Positions 8,636-19,416 of a stretch of 64,000 nt of DNA are shown in pieces. Under the pieces are notes generated by a model. That model worked only from the letters and a program-made list of their open reading frames with translations, had not been told where the DNA came from and did no database searches. Every line of letters begins with the position of its first letter. The first letter of the stretch is position 1. The position numbers and the translations under genes were made by a program. Source of the stretch: an uncultured Blautia sp. (GTDB taxonomy: Bacteria; Bacillota; Clostridia; Lachnospirales; Lachnospiraceae); contig CAYTNV010000014.1 of NCBI GenBank assembly GCA_964439395.1, forward strand, positions 3,980 through 67,979, read 5' to 3'.

Positions 8636-9250
8636 TTAATCCTCCCATGGACGAATACGATATGTTACCCCTAAATCATCACAAATTTTTTGACATTGCT
8701 GTTCTTCTTCAGCAGTAATTGTAGTAGAGACTGTAGATAATACAACATTTGGTACATATTTTTTTGCCTCTTTTGCGAATGCAAGCATTGCATCAAAAGA
8801 TTGCTCACCAAATTTGCTGCGGACGATTTTATGATACTCCTCGGCGTTTGGAGTGTTTAAACTAATAGAAATAGTATCGATAAGTCCCTCAAGCTCAGGT
8901 GTGATATCTCTTCCGTTTACGAGATTTCCAAGACCATTTGTGTTGATACGGGTTGGATTTTTGAAGTTTTCTTTTATATATTTAGCAACTTGTATAAGAA
9001 CAGGGAAAGCTTCTGTTGGCTCGCCAAATCCACAAAATACAATTTCTTTGTACTGGCTCATATCAAATTTTTTAAATTCTTCCACTATTTCCTCAAAACT
9101 AGGTTCATGTTCGAGCCAGAGTACACCAGAATCATCCATATGGTCTCTTGTCTGTCTAAGACAGAATGTACAGGCACATGGACATTTATTTGTTAAATTG
9201 ACATATAGATTATTATGGACTTTATATAAAAGTGTTTGCATTTTTTTCAT
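8636..9250 (-). CDS. Small radical SAM protein (TatD-associated type by recollection)
   Basis: CPCACTFC contains CX3CX2C. About 200 aa. The FCGFGEP motif is present. Confidence 0.8.
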   Translation of the reverse strand: MKKMQTLLYKVHNNLYVNLTNKCPCACTFCLRQTRDHMDDSGVLWLEHEPSFEEIVEEFKKFDMSQYKEIVFCGFGEPTEAFPVLIQVAKYIKENFKNPTRINTNGLGNLVNGRDITPELEGLIDTISISLNTPNAEEYHKIVRSKFGEQSFDAMLAFAKEAKKYVPNVVLSTVSTTITAEEEQQCQKICDDLGVTYRIRPWED

Positions 9251-9283
9251 TTTTCAGTTTTCCTTTCTATCATTTAGTTTTAT

Positions 9284-10117
9284 TTATTTTAATTTTCCTA
9301 AAACTTCTTCAAAACATACTCCGTCTGTTAATGGAATGTCAAGCTCAGTTGATTTTAAAATACATTTCTTTATGAAATTAGAAGCTTTTTTCACAGACTT
9401 GTCAAATGGAACTCCATTTACTGCATCTGCAGCGATAATAGAAGAAAAAATATCTCCTGTGCCAGAACGCTGCGTTCCAACCTTATGCGTGCGAAGAATT
9501 TTTTCTTTTTTTCCTTCCTCATAGCAGTAGTTAGCGATAAAGCTTTGCTGTACAATACCTGTGACTACAATCTTTTTTGGACCTTTTTTGGCTAGACTTT
9601 TTGCCATCTTTCTAATATCAGCAATTTTCCATTTTTCTTTATATGGCGTATCAGTAAGAATACAAAGCTCTGTCAAATTTGGTGTGATAATATCTGCGTA
9701 CTTGACAAGTTGCTTCATCTCCTGACACATTTCCTCTGTATAAGTGGAATAAGGTTTGCCGTAATCTCCCATGACAGGGTCTACGATAATTAAGGTTTCC
9801 TTTGTCTTAAATTCCTTGAAAAAATTTTCCACAATCTTAATCTGCTTTTTAGATCCCAAAAATCCTGTGCAAATTCCGTGAAAACGTAAATCTAATTTTT
9901 TCCATTCTTCTATATAGGGATTCATTTTATCTGTATAGTCGTCAAAAAAGAAGCTAGAAAATCCAGTATGATTCGATAAAATCGAAGTTGGCACTGGACA
10001 GCACTGCACTTTTAAGACAGAAATAATTGGAAGTGCCACTGCTAGGGAGCAGCGACCAAACCCTGTAAAATCATTGATGACGGCAATTTTTTTCTGATGA
10101 TTATGTGCTGTTACCAT
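9284..10117 (-). CDS. pdxK: Pyridoxal/pyridoxamine kinase
   Basis: Ribokinase-fold PdxK pattern, with the C-terminal GTGDIFSS anion-hole motif. Confidence 0.85.
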   Translation of the reverse strand: MVTAHNHQKKIAVINDFTGFGRCSLAVALPIISVLKVQCCPVPTSILSNHTGFSSFFFDDYTDKMNPYIEEWKKLDLRFHGICTGFLGSKKQIKIVENFFKEFKTKETLIIVDPVMGDYGKPYSTYTEEMCQEMKQLVKYADIITPNLTELCILTDTPYKEKWKIADIRKMAKSLAKKGPKKIVVTGIVQQSFIANYCYEEGKKEKILRTHKVGTQRSGTGDIFSSIIAADAVNGVPFDKSVKKASNFIKKCILKSTELDIPLTDGVCFEEVLGKLK

Positions 10118-10419
10118 AGTAATAATCCTCTCTATTTATTTTAATGAAAGCGATCAAAAAATGTTTCTTTTATTACTCCATGCTATCATAAGCGAAAACT
10201 GTCCTAAATAAAACATCCAGTTTTCAGTAAATTAATAGTGCCAGTAAATATACCCAACATTTGGACAAAAAACTCCAACATTATATTATGGAAAATAAAT
10301 CTTATTTCGCTATACTAAAGCATATAAAAGATAGATTTAGTTTTGCAAAGACAAAGAAAGTATGAGTGAATATTTATTTTTTAAATCGCAATTTTAGAAA
10401 GTTAGGGAGGTAATCTATA

Positions 10420-12657
10420 ATGAGCATTTTATTTCACGAAAAAAGCCAGACTTTTCATTTAACAAACGGTCAGATTAGTTATATTTTTAAAGTAGTAAGA
10501 AGTGGAGAATTAGGTCAGTTATATTTTGGAAAAGCTTTAAGAGATAGAGAAAATTTTGATACCCTTTTAGAATTTGCCTCAAGATCTATGACGGTATGTC
10601 CTTACGATGAGGATATGTCATATTCAAAAGATTATATTAAGCAGGAGTATCCTTGTTACGGAACAGGAGATATGCAGTATCCAGCTTTTGAAATCAAACA
10701 GGAAAACGGAAGTCATATTACGGAGTTTGTGTACAAAGAACATAAAATTTATGCAGGTAAGCCAAGCTTAGAGGGACTTCCGGCAACTTATGTGGAGGAT
10801 AACAGTGAGGCAACTACAATTGAGATAAGATTAGTAGATGAAGTAATCGATACAGAAATTATTTTGACTTATACAATTTATGAGAGCTTACCAGTTATTA
10901 CAAGAAATACAAAATTTATCCATAACGGGGAGGAGGCAATTGTTTTAGACCGTGCAATGAGTATGAGCCTTGATTTGCCAGATATGGAATATGAGATGAT
11001 TGAGCTTACAGGCGCTTGGGCTAGAGAGCGTCATATCAAAACAAGAAAATTAGAACATGGTATAACTTCGATTTATAGTCTAAGAGGATGCAGCAGCCAT
11101 AATTATAATCCATTTCTTGCCTTAAAGAGAAAAAATACAACAGAATTTTCTGGTGAGGTTATGGGCATGAGTCTTGTATATAGTGGAAATTTCTTGGCGC
11201 AGGTAGATGTCGACACTTACGATGTGACAAGATGGATGATTGGAATTCATCCAGATGGATTTTCATGGAAATTGAACCAGGGAGAATCTTTTCAGACACC
11301 AGAGGCTGTACTAGTTTACTCTAATGAGGGATTAAATGGTATGAGTCAAACATTCCATACATTATACCGCTCTCGCCTCGCAAGAGGAGAATGGAGAGAT
11401 AAAGTACGTCCAATTCTAATTAATAACTGGGAGGGAACGTATTTTGATTTCACTGAGGAGAAAATTTTAGAGATGGCAAGACAATCAAAAGAGCTTGGAA
11501 TTGAGCTCTTCGTTTTGGACGATGGATGGTTTGGAAAGAGAACGAATGATCATAAGAGTCTTGGAGATTGGTATCCCAATATGGAAAAACTTCCAGATGG
11601 AATTACTGGACTTGCCCAAAAAGTAGAGGCGATTGGCTTGAAATTTGGTCTTTGGTTTGAACCAGAGATGGTAAATGAGGACAGTGATTTATACCGTGCA
11701 CATCCAGATTATGTTTTAAAAACTCCAAATCGAAAAATGTCTTACGGTCGTCATCAGTTTGTGCTTGATTTTTCAAGAGAAGAGGTTGTAGATTGTATTT
11801 ATAAGATGATGGAAAAAGTATTAGAAGAGGCTCCGATTTCCTATGTGAAGTGGGATATGAATCGTTGCATGTCAGAAGTATACTCTGCAGCACTTAAAGC
11901 GGATGAGCAGGGCAAAGTATTCCATAAATATATATTAGGAGTATATCGTTTATATGATAAGTTAACGACAAAATTCCCATATATTTTATTTGAATCCTGT
12001 GCGAGTGGTGGAGCGAGATTTGACCCAGGTCTACTTTATTATGCTCCACAGTGTTGGACTTCTGATGATTCCGACGCAGTGGAGCGTATGAAGATTCAGT
12101 ACGGTACTTCTCTTGTTTATCCAGTGAGCAGTATGGGAGCTCACGTGTCCGCAGTGCCAAATCATCAAGTTTTCCGTAATACACCAATCAGTACGAGGGC
12201 AAATATGGCGTATTTTGGAACATTTGGATATGAGCTTGATGTGACAAAAATGCCAGAGAAAGAAAAAGAAATTGTAAAAGAGCAGGTTGCTTTTATGAAG
12301 GAATATAGACAGCTCTTTCAGTTTGGAACGCTTTACCGTCTAAAGAGTCCATTTGAGGGAAATGTGATGGCATGGATGGTTGTGTCTGAAGATAAAAAGG
12401 AGGCAATTGTCGGATATTACCGTGTACTTCAGACAGTGAATGCTCCATTTGAGAGAATTAAGTTAGAAGGACTTGATGCAAATCTTTCTTACCATGTATC
12501 TGTTCTTGAAAAAGATATGTACGGTGATGAATTAATGCTCGCAGGAATGAAGACATCGGATGAACTTGATCCAAACTTTGAATTTATGGGAACGAACGAA
12601 ATTGAACTTGGAGATTATCATTCAAGAATTTATGTATTAAGGGCAAATAAAAATTAG
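10420..12657 (+). CDS. Alpha-galactosidase, GH36
   Basis: 745 aa. Motifs YVKWDMNR and CASGGARFD, as in the AgaA/MelA-type GH36 family. Confidence 0.9.
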   Translation: MSILFHEKSQTFHLTNGQISYIFKVVRSGELGQLYFGKALRDRENFDTLLEFASRSMTVCPYDEDMSYSKDYIKQEYPCYGTGDMQYPAFEIKQENGSHITEFVYKEHKIYAGKPSLEGLPATYVEDNSEATTIEIRLVDEVIDTEIILTYTIYESLPVITRNTKFIHNGEEAIVLDRAMSMSLDLPDMEYEMIELTGAWARERHIKTRKLEHGITSIYSLRGCSSHNYNPFLALKRKNTTEFSGEVMGMSLVYSGNFLAQVDVDTYDVTRWMIGIHPDGFSWKLNQGESFQTPEAVLVYSNEGLNGMSQTFHTLYRSRLARGEWRDKVRPILINNWEGTYFDFTEEKILEMARQSKELGIELFVLDDGWFGKRTNDHKSLGDWYPNMEKLPDGITGLAQKVEAIGLKFGLWFEPEMVNEDSDLYRAHPDYVLKTPNRKMSYGRHQFVLDFSREEVVDCIYKMMEKVLEEAPISYVKWDMNRCMSEVYSAALKADEQGKVFHKYILGVYRLYDKLTTKFPYILFESCASGGARFDPGLLYYAPQCWTSDDSDAVERMKIQYGTSLVYPVSSMGAHVSAVPNHQVFRNTPISTRANMAYFGTFGYELDVTKMPEKEKEIVKEQVAFMKEYRQLFQFGTLYRLKSPFEGNVMAWMVVSEDKKEAIVGYYRVLQTVNAPFERIKLEGLDANLSYHVSVLEKDMYGDELMLAGMKTSDELDPNFEFMGTNEIELGDYHSRIYVLRANKN

Positions 12658-12698
12658 ACCATCTGATTTTAAAAAGTAGGAGATGCCAATATAGGGCT

Positions 12699-12792
12699 AT
12701 TGCAAAATGAATTTTTCATATAAGGTATTGATGGTACGAAAAGTATTTCGACGGATATCTTTAGAGTTTTCATTTTGCAATGGTCTTTTTTA
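12699..12792 (+). terminator. Long-range hairpin plus U6 between alpha-galactosidase and the AraC gene
   Basis: Perfect 13-bp arms ATTGCAAAATGAA (12699-12711) and TTCATTTTGCAAT (12769-12781) enclose a 57-nt structured loop, followed by GGTCTTTTTT. Confidence 0.5.
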
Positions 12793-12825
12793 TGTTATAC
12801 TAAATGATAGAAGGGAGGGATATTA

Positions 12826-13683
12826 ATGAAGTTTTATTCTACAGATGATTTTTTTATGCATTCAGAAATGGCTCTTACTAATAATTTATTCACTGATATT
12901 TATCCTCTCTCTTATGGCAAGCAGCAATGTGAACCGCTCTACTCTTTTGGACCAGCGGTGAGAGAATATTATCTTTTACATTATTGTGTGAGAGGAAAAG
13001 GAGTATTTTTTGCGAATGATTATAAATATGAAATTGAGCAGGGACAGGGATTTTTAATCTGTCCAGGTGACTTGACATTCTATCAAGCAGATGAGGAAAA
13101 TCCTTGGCTCTATATATGGATTGCAGTCGGTGGAAATGCAGTGGAAAAATATTTAAAACTGATGGAGTTATCAAGAGAAAATCCGATTTTTTCTTATTCA
13201 AACCCTAAAATTTTACTATCTTATATAGATGATATGCTTTTACATCATACTTTAAGCTATACTAATGAAATGTATGCAGAAGGTGTGTTGATGAAGATGC
13301 TATCTTGTCTAATTGACGAGGCGAGTGATTCACTGGGAAGAAGTAAGCAGTTTCACGACGTTTATGTTTCAAAGGCAATTTCATATATCGAAACACATTA
13401 TCAGGAGTCAATTTCTGTGCAAGATATCGCCGATTATTTATCGTTAAATCGAAGTTATTTGACAGAATTATTTTTAAAAACAGTACATTTATCTCCGCAG
13501 CAATTTCTTGTAAAATTTCGTATTACAAAGGCGGAGACATTGCTTCTCACTACTGATTTACCAATTAAGACAATAGCGTATTCGTGTGGATATTCAAACG
13601 AGTTTTCCTTTTCAAAGGCGTTTAAGAAGGTAATGAATGACAGCCCAGGACATTTTCGCAAAATGCAACAGGAGGAAAAATAA
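12826..13683 (+). CDS. AraC-family transcriptional regulator
   Basis: N-terminal cupin-like sugar-binding part and a C-terminal double HTH (SVQDIADYLSLNRSYL, IAYSCGYSNEFSFSKAFKK). Confidence 0.85.
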   Translation: MKFYSTDDFFMHSEMALTNNLFTDIYPLSYGKQQCEPLYSFGPAVREYYLLHYCVRGKGVFFANDYKYEIEQGQGFLICPGDLTFYQADEENPWLYIWIAVGGNAVEKYLKLMELSRENPIFSYSNPKILLSYIDDMLLHHTLSYTNEMYAEGVLMKMLSCLIDEASDSLGRSKQFHDVYVSKAISYIETHYQESISVQDIADYLSLNRSYLTELFLKTVHLSPQQFLVKFRITKAETLLLTTDLPIKTIAYSCGYSNEFSFSKAFKKVMNDSPGHFRKMQQEEK

Positions 13684-14226
13684 ATGAACAGTTTAAAACA
13701 ACTAATATTATATTTTTTACTAGCAGGAGTTTTATGTTTTAGTGGATGTAATAACGGTAAGAGGGATTTAATAAATCAGGTACAAGATTTGGAAAATAGA
13801 GTGAATGAGTTGGATGAACGAAAAAAACAAGATGAGGCAGAACAAAAGGCCATTAAGGAGGCGGAAGAACAAAAAGCGCGTGAGGAGGAAGCGAAGAAAA
13901 AAGCTGAGTCGGAAAAAAAGAATGATTTGGCAGGTTTGAGTTCGCTTAGAACGAAGCTAAAGAAGTTAGAGGAAAAAGTTGATAAGATTGATGATTCAGA
14001 TATACTTACAAATGATTTGGATGATTATTATAAGTTAGATGATGAGGTTGCATCTTTGAGAGAAGAACTTGATAATGCGAAAGATAAGTTAGATGAGCTT
14101 GATAATAATGCGGAGCATGAATCGTATAAAGAAAAAATAAAAGAACAGCAAGATGAATATGAAAAATTAAAGGAAAGATTAAATACTGCGAAAAAGGAAT
14201 TAGACGATAAATTCGAGATGAATTAA
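13684..14226 (+). CDS. Coiled-coil lipoprotein, unknown function
   Basis: Signal peptide with lipobox LCFSGC, then a K/E-rich heptad-like sequence. The start abuts the AraC stop codon. Confidence 0.7.
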   Translation: MNSLKQLILYFLLAGVLCFSGCNNGKRDLINQVQDLENRVNELDERKKQDEAEQKAIKEAEEQKAREEEAKKKAESEKKNDLAGLSSLRTKLKKLEEKVDKIDDSDILTNDLDDYYKLDDEVASLREELDNAKDKLDELDNNAEHESYKEKIKEQQDEYEKLKERLNTAKKELDDKFEMN

Positions 14227-14315
14227 ATAAAAATTTTAACATCAATTGCCATTTTAATAGTTGCATACTCATAATAGAATAGGTATAATGAAGGAAGAAA
14301 ATAATAGGATTTAGC

Positions 14316-14344
14316 TTGACAAAGAAAATGACCTGATATATACT
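14316..14344 (+). promoter_or_regulatory. SigmaA promoter of the fab operon
   Basis: TTGACA (14316-14321), 17-nt spacer, TATACT (14339-14344). Confidence 0.65.
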
Positions 14345-14358
14345 TTGATTGTCAAACT
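14342..14358. promoter_or_regulatory. FabT-like palindromic operator ACTTTGATTGTCAAACT
   Basis: TTTGA-N5-TCAAA palindrome overlapping the -10 element and start site. It resembles the streptococcal FabT box (ANTTTGATTATCAAATT) as I recall it. Confidence 0.45.
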
Positions 14359-14407
14359 AATCCGAAATAATACAAATTAACTATAATATATAAAGGAGAA
14401 TAAAATT

Positions 14408-14641
14408 ATGTTAGAAAAAATGAAAGAAATTATCGCAGAGCAGTTAAACGTGGATGAGAGTGAAATCGAATTAGAAACTTCTTTCAAAGATGACTTAGGA
14501 GCTGACTCTTTAGATTTATTTGAGTTAGTTATGTCTTTAGAGGAAGAGTATGATATTGAGATTCCTTCTGATGATTTAAATGACTTAAATACAGTGGAGG
14601 ATGTTATTAATTATTTAAAAGATAAGGGTATCGAGGCGTAA
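14408..14641 (+). CDS. acpP: Acyl carrier protein
   Basis: 77 aa with the DLGADSLD phosphopantetheine-attachment motif. Confidence 0.95.
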   Translation: MLEKMKEIIAEQLNVDESEIELETSFKDDLGADSLDLFELVMSLEEEYDIEIPSDDLNDLNTVEDVINYLKDKGIEA

Positions 14642-14645
14642 TTAG

Positions 14646-15578
14646 ATGGAGACAAGAGTAAGTAAGTTGCTTGGAACTGTATATCCAGTGATACAGGGCG
14701 GTATGGCATGGGTGGCAGAGCATCACTTGGCAGCCGCAGTTTCAAATGCTGGCGGATTAGGAATTATTGCAGCTGGTGGTGCACCAACTGAGGTCGTAAG
14801 ACAGGAAATTAGAGAGTTAAAAAAATTGACAGATAAGCCATTTGGAGTCAATATTATGTTGATGAATCCGAATGCTGAGGAGCTTGCGAAAATGCTCGTG
14901 GAGGAAAAGGTTCCAATCGTGACGACAGGAGCGGGAAGTCCAGAGCCATTTATGAAAATGTGGAAGGAAGCAGGCATGAAAGTAATTCCAGTAGTTGCCT
15001 CCGTGGCATTGGCAAGACGTATGGAGAAATACGGTGCAGATGCAGTCGTGGCAGAGGGTGCAGAGGCAGGAGGACATATTGGAGAATTGACAACGATGGT
15101 ACTTGTACCTCAAGTTGTAGATGCAGTGAGTATTCCAGTTATCGCAGCCGGAGGAGTGGCAGATGGAAGAGGAATGGCAGCAGCTATGATGCTTGGAGCA
15201 GAGGGGGTTCAGGTTGGAACAAGATTTGTTACATCGAAGGAATGTATTTGCCATGACAATTTTAAGAAGAAAATAATGAAGGCAAAGGATATTGACACTG
15301 TAGTGACAGGAAGGTCAACTGGACATCCAATTCGTGTGCTTCGTAATCAAATGTCAAGAGAATATCTTAAGATGGAGAAAGAAGGAAAAAGCTTGGAGGA
15401 ATTAGAGCTTTTGACACTTGGTTCTCTAAGAAAGGCCGTTGTTGAAGGTGACTTAAAAGGTGGCTCTTTTATGGCAGGACAGTCCGCTGGTCTAATAAAA
15501 GAAGAACAATCCTGTAAGGATATTATCGAGGATATTGTAATAAAAGCAGAATCTTTACTTACATCAAAATTATTTTAA
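14646..15578 (+). CDS. fabK: Enoyl-ACP reductase II (FabK, nitronate monooxygenase fold)
   Basis: FMN TIM-barrel pattern (IQGGMAWV, AAGGVADGRG). Position directly after acpP. Confidence 0.85.
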   Translation: METRVSKLLGTVYPVIQGGMAWVAEHHLAAAVSNAGGLGIIAAGGAPTEVVRQEIRELKKLTDKPFGVNIMLMNPNAEELAKMLVEEKVPIVTTGAGSPEPFMKMWKEAGMKVIPVVASVALARRMEKYGADAVVAEGAEAGGHIGELTTMVLVPQVVDAVSIPVIAAGGVADGRGMAAAMMLGAEGVQVGTRFVTSKECICHDNFKKKIMKAKDIDTVVTGRSTGHPIRVLRNQMSREYLKMEKEGKSLEELELLTLGSLRKAVVEGDLKGGSFMAGQSAGLIKEEQSCKDIIEDIVIKAESLLTSKLF

Positions 15579-15584
15579 AAAATT

Positions 15585-15632
15585 AAGCTTATCTCTCATG
15601 CGAGGAGGAAGAATGAGAGATGAGCTTTTTAG
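15585..15632 (+). terminator. Intrinsic terminator after fabK
   Basis: AAGCTTATCTCTCAT / ATGAGAGATGAGCTT, a 15-bp stem with one G-U pair, then TTTTTAGAAATTTTTT. Confidence 0.7.
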
Positions 15633-15733
15633 AAATTTTTTCAGATAAGGGAAAATAGAACGATTTTGGTGAGTGAGAAAAAGAGATTTCATTAGATAAA
15701 AATAATAAAAAATATAATAAATTTTAAAAAGAG

Positions 15734-15766
15734 TAGAATGTAAAAAACATTCTATATATTTTTTTG
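15734..15766 (+). terminator. Second hairpin plus U-run in the fabK-fabD spacer
   Basis: TAGAATGT-aaaaa-ACATTCTA followed by TATATTTTTTTG. Confidence 0.55.
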
Positions 15767-15829
15767 AAAAAATAGTTTGAAATACAAAATATTTGAAAAC
15801 AAAAATAAAAGTGAGGTATCATAAAAAGT

Positions 15830-16753
15830 ATGGGTAAAATAGCATTTATATTTCCTGGACAGGGAGCACAGTATATTGGAATGGCAAAGGATTTTTATGA
15901 GCAATTTGAAGCTAGTAAAGCTATTTTTGAGCAGGCGAGCAAAGAGTTGAATTTGGATATGGAGTCACTTTGCTTTGAGGAAAATGAATTATTAGATCAG
16001 ACAGAGTATACGCAGGCAGCGATGGTGACAGCAAGCGTTGCTATCTTAGCAGAGATAGAAAAAAGAGGGATTAAGCCAGATGTGACAGCTGGTCTAAGTC
16101 TTGGAGAGTACTGTGCTTTAGTAGCCAGCAAAGCGATGAGCTTTGTAGATGCGGTGAAGGTTGTAAGACAGCGCGGAATTTTGATGCAAAATACGGTACC
16201 TCTTGGACAGGGCGCAATGGCAGCCGTTCTTGGTATGAAGGCAGAAGAAATTGAGGCAGTATGTGAAAAAATAGAAGGAGTGGGAATCGCAAACTATAAT
16301 TGCCCAGGACAGATTGTCATCACTGGAAAAAGTGAACAGATCGAAGAAGCTTCTAAATCTTTAAAGGAGGCTGGCGCAAGAAGAGTTTTACCGTTAAAGG
16401 TAAGCGGTCCATTCCACTCAGAAATGCTAAAGCCGGCTGGAGAAAAATTGGGAGAGATTTTAAAAGAAGTTGAGGTAAATACTCCAGTTATCCCTTATAT
16501 CTCCAACACAACGGCAGGATATGTGACAAAAAAAGAAGATATAAAACCATTATTAGAGAGACAGGTATATAGCTCTGTTCGTTGGCAGCAGGGAGTTGAG
16601 GCGATGTTAGCAGATGGGGTAGATACCTTTATTGAAATTGGACCTGGAAAGACATTGACAGGCTTTATGAGGAAAATAAATCGCAAAGTAAAAGCAATTA
16701 ATATAGAAAAAGTAGAAGATTTGGAAAAACTTGAGGAGGTGGAAAAGTGTTAA
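15830..16753 (+). CDS. fabD: Malonyl-CoA:ACP transacylase
   Basis: GLSLGEY active-site serine motif and FPGQGAQ N-terminus. Confidence 0.95.
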   Translation: MGKIAFIFPGQGAQYIGMAKDFYEQFEASKAIFEQASKELNLDMESLCFEENELLDQTEYTQAAMVTASVAILAEIEKRGIKPDVTAGLSLGEYCALVASKAMSFVDAVKVVRQRGILMQNTVPLGQGAMAAVLGMKAEEIEAVCEKIEGVGIANYNCPGQIVITGKSEQIEEASKSLKEAGARRVLPLKVSGPFHSEMLKPAGEKLGEILKEVEVNTPVIPYISNTTAGYVTKKEDIKPLLERQVYSSVRWQQGVEAMLADGVDTFIEIGPGKTLTGFMRKINRKVKAINIEKVEDLEKLEEVEKC

Positions 16754-17487
16754 ATGAAAAAGTTGCTATCGTAACAGGAGCAAGCCGAGGAATTGGAAGG
16801 CAGATTGCCCTCACGCTTGCCTCTTACGGAGCTAATATAGTAGTAAATTATTATGGTTCTTTGGAAAAAGCAAAAGAGGTAGCAAGTGAAATAGAAGCGA
16901 TGGGAAGAGAGGCTCTTTTATATCAGGGAAATGTGGCAGATATGGATGCGATGAAAGAGATGGTAAAAGAGACGACTAAAAAATTTGGTCGAATTGATAT
17001 TTTAGTAAATAACGCTGGAATTACAAAGGATAATCTTCTTATGGCGATGAAAGAAGAGGAGTTCGAACAAGTTCTCGATATAAATTTAAAGGGAAGTTTT
17101 ATTTGTATGAAGCAGGTAATCCGTACCATGATGAAACAAAGATATGGAAGAATTATTAATTTATCTTCTGTTTCTGGAAGAATGGGAAATGCAGGTCAAG
17201 TAAATTATAGTGCTTCTAAGGCGGGAGTCATTGGAATGACGAAATCTCTTGCGAGAGAGGTTGGAAGCAGAGGAATCACCGTAAATGCAGTGGCACCTGG
17301 ATTTATCGATACAGATATGACGGCGGTACTAAAGGATGAAGTAAAAGAAGCAATTATGGCAGGAATTCCGCTAAAACGAGTTGGAAAACCAGAAGATATT
17401 GCAGAGGCAGTCGCATTTTTAGCGTCAGATAAGGCATCCTATATTACAGGCCAGGTTCTTAGCGTAGACGGTGGAATGTTCATGTAA
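16747..17487 (+). CDS. fabG: 3-oxoacyl-ACP reductase
   Basis: SDR motifs [12 protein letters not shown] and YSASK. GTG start behind GAGGAGG. Overlaps the fabD stop. Confidence 0.95.
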   Translation: MLNEKVAIVTGASRGIGRQIALTLASYGANIVVNYYGSLEKAKEVASEIEAMGREALLYQGNVADMDAMKEMVKETTKKFGRIDILVNNAGITKDNLLMAMKEEEFEQVLDINLKGSFICMKQVIRTMMKQRYGRIINLSSVSGRMGNAGQVNYSASKAGVIGMTKSLAREVGSRGITVNAVAPGFIDTDMTAVLKDEVKEAIMAGIPLKRVGKPEDIAEAVAFLASDKASYITGQVLSVDGGMFM

Positions 17488-17596
17488 TTCAATTGAGCAG
17501 TGCACAGGCAAATTGCATTGTGGATAGAAGGCAAAGGATATTACTGACAGAAGGCAATAAAAACGAGAACAGTATAAGAAAAATTGAGGTAAGGAT

Positions 17597-18826
17597 ATGA
17601 ATAGAGTAGTAGTAACAGGAATGGGAGTTATAAGCCCTATCGGAAATGATGTGGAAACTTATTGGAATAGCCTAAAAGCTGGCAAGGTAGGAATCGATAA
17701 AATTACAAAATTTGACGTGACAGAATATAAAACAAAAGTAGCAGCAGAAGTAAAGGATTTTAATCCAAAAGAGTATATGGATCCAAAATCAGCTAGGAGA
17801 ATGGCGGAGTTTTGTCAGTACGCAGTCGCTGCAACAAAGCAGGCATTAGAGCAGTCTGGTCTTGATTTGGACAAAGAGGATACAACGAGAATTGGAGTTT
17901 GTGTGGGTTCTGGTATCGGTGGTCTTTCCATTATGGAAAAAGAAGAAAAAAAGCTTCTGGAAAAAGGACCAAAGAGAATTGCTCCATTGATGATTCCAAT
18001 GATGATTTCTAATATGGCAGCAGGAAATATTTCTATTCAATTTGGCTTAAAAGGAAAATGTACAAATGTAGTGACAGCATGTGCGACAGGTACTCACTCT
18101 ATCGGGGATGCCTATAGAAGTATTCAATGTGGAGATGCAGATATTATGGTGGCAGGAGGAACAGAGTCTTGTATCACACCTCTTGGAGTTGCAGGCTTTT
18201 CTTCTCTCACAGCACTTAGCACATCTGATGACCCGCTCCGCGCATCTATCCCATTTGATAAGGAGAGAGATGGCTTTGTTATGGGTGAGGGTTCAGGAAT
18301 TGTTATTTTAGAATCTCTTGATCACGCTTTGGCACGAGGCGCTAATATTTTAGCGGAGGTCGTAGGATACGGTGCAACATCTGATGCTTTTCATATTACT
18401 TCTCCAGCGGAGGATGGAGAGGGAGCAGCAAGGGCAATGGAGCTTGCTATTAAGGAAGCAGGAATTTGTCCAAATCAGGTAGAGTATATTAATGCACATG
18501 GAACGAGTACACATCATAATGATATGTTTGAGACTATGGCAATAAAAAAAGTATTTGGTGATGATTCTTATAAGGTAAATATAAATTCTACAAAATCGAT
18601 GATTGGTCATGCACTTGGAGCAGCAGGAGCCTTAGAATTTATCGCATGTGTGAAGTCTGTCATGGAAAATTTCATTCATCAGACAGCTGGATATCAAATT
18701 CCAGATGAGGAATGTGATTTAAACTATACAAAAGAGCCAGTAGAGAGAGAAGTAAATTATGCTCTTAGCAATTCTCTCGGATTTGGTGGACATAATGCCA
18801 GCCTTCTTGTAAAGAAAGTAAACTAG
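17597..18826 (+). CDS. fabF: Beta-ketoacyl-ACP synthase II
   Basis: ACATG active-site Cys, the HGTST and GHALGAAG histidines, and the C-terminal NSLGFGGHN. Confidence 0.95.
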   Translation: MNRVVVTGMGVISPIGNDVETYWNSLKAGKVGIDKITKFDVTEYKTKVAAEVKDFNPKEYMDPKSARRMAEFCQYAVAATKQALEQSGLDLDKEDTTRIGVCVGSGIGGLSIMEKEEKKLLEKGPKRIAPLMIPMMISNMAAGNISIQFGLKGKCTNVVTACATGTHSIGDAYRSIQCGDADIMVAGGTESCITPLGVAGFSSLTALSTSDDPLRASIPFDKERDGFVMGEGSGIVILESLDHALARGANILAEVVGYGATSDAFHITSPAEDGEGAARAMELAIKEAGICPNQVEYINAHGTSTHHNDMFETMAIKKVFGDDSYKVNINSTKSMIGHALGAAGALEFIACVKSVMENFIHQTAGYQIPDEECDLNYTKEPVEREVNYALSNSLGFGGHNASLLVKKVN

Positions 18827-18847
18827 GAATGGAGAGGAGTGGATAAG

Positions 18848-19372
18848 ATGAAGGTGACAATAGATGATGTATTAACCTTAATTGAGAGAGTATCCGACTC
18901 TAACCTGACAAAATTTCAGTTTGAGGATGAAGATTTTGGAATTTCCATGACTTCTTCCAAAAAAGGAAGAAAAATAAAAAAAGTAGGGTTGAATCGAGAC
19001 GAGATAGAAAAGAAGCAGGAGAATAAAAAAGAGCAATCTTCTTCAGATATAAAAAAAGAATTAAAAGAAGAGAAAAAGATTGCGATTGAGGAGCCTTCTA
19101 GTTCTTCTGCTTTAGAAGAGGAAGACTTAGGACTAAAAATGGTGCATTCTCCTCTAGTTGGAACATTTTATGTTGCGAAGGAAGAGGGGGCAGAGCCTTT
19201 TGTAAAAGTTGGAGATACAGTGAAAAAGGGGCAGGTTATCGGAATTGTGGAGGCAATGAAACTAATGAATGAAGTCGAGAGTGACTACGATGGCATTATT
19301 TCAGAAATTTTAGTAGAGAATGAAGAAATGGTAGAGTATAATCAGCCTTTAATTAGTGTTATAGTATCGTAA
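18848..19372 (+). CDS. accB: Biotin carboxyl carrier protein
   Basis: EAMKLMNEV biotinyl-lysine motif. The ATG at 18848 is about 10 nt after GGAGAGGAG. The ORF-track GTG at 18839 abuts the RBS. Confidence 0.9.
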   Translation: MKVTIDDVLTLIERVSDSNLTKFQFEDEDFGISMTSSKKGRKIKKVGLNRDEIEKKQENKKEQSSSDIKKELKEEKKIAIEEPSSSSALEEEDLGLKMVHSPLVGTFYVAKEEGAEPFVKVGDTVKKGQVIGIVEAMKLMNEVESDYDGIISEILVENEEMVEYNQPLISVIVS

Positions 19373-19416
19373 TGACTTAGTAAAATTAGTTTTTATTTGC
19401 CAGGAGGGTAGAAGAG

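Noticed and set aside
8853-9524. 223-aa plus-strand ORF overlapping the radical SAM and pdxK genes
   Set aside because: It is antisense to two genes with clear family motifs, has no RBS, and is Ser/Phe-rich low-complexity sequence.
14817-15254. Antisense and alternative-frame ORFs within fabK (145 aa and 98 aa, Cys/Ser/His-rich)
   Set aside because: They are embedded in a strongly supported CDS, have low-complexity composition typical of off-frame translation, and lack an RBS.
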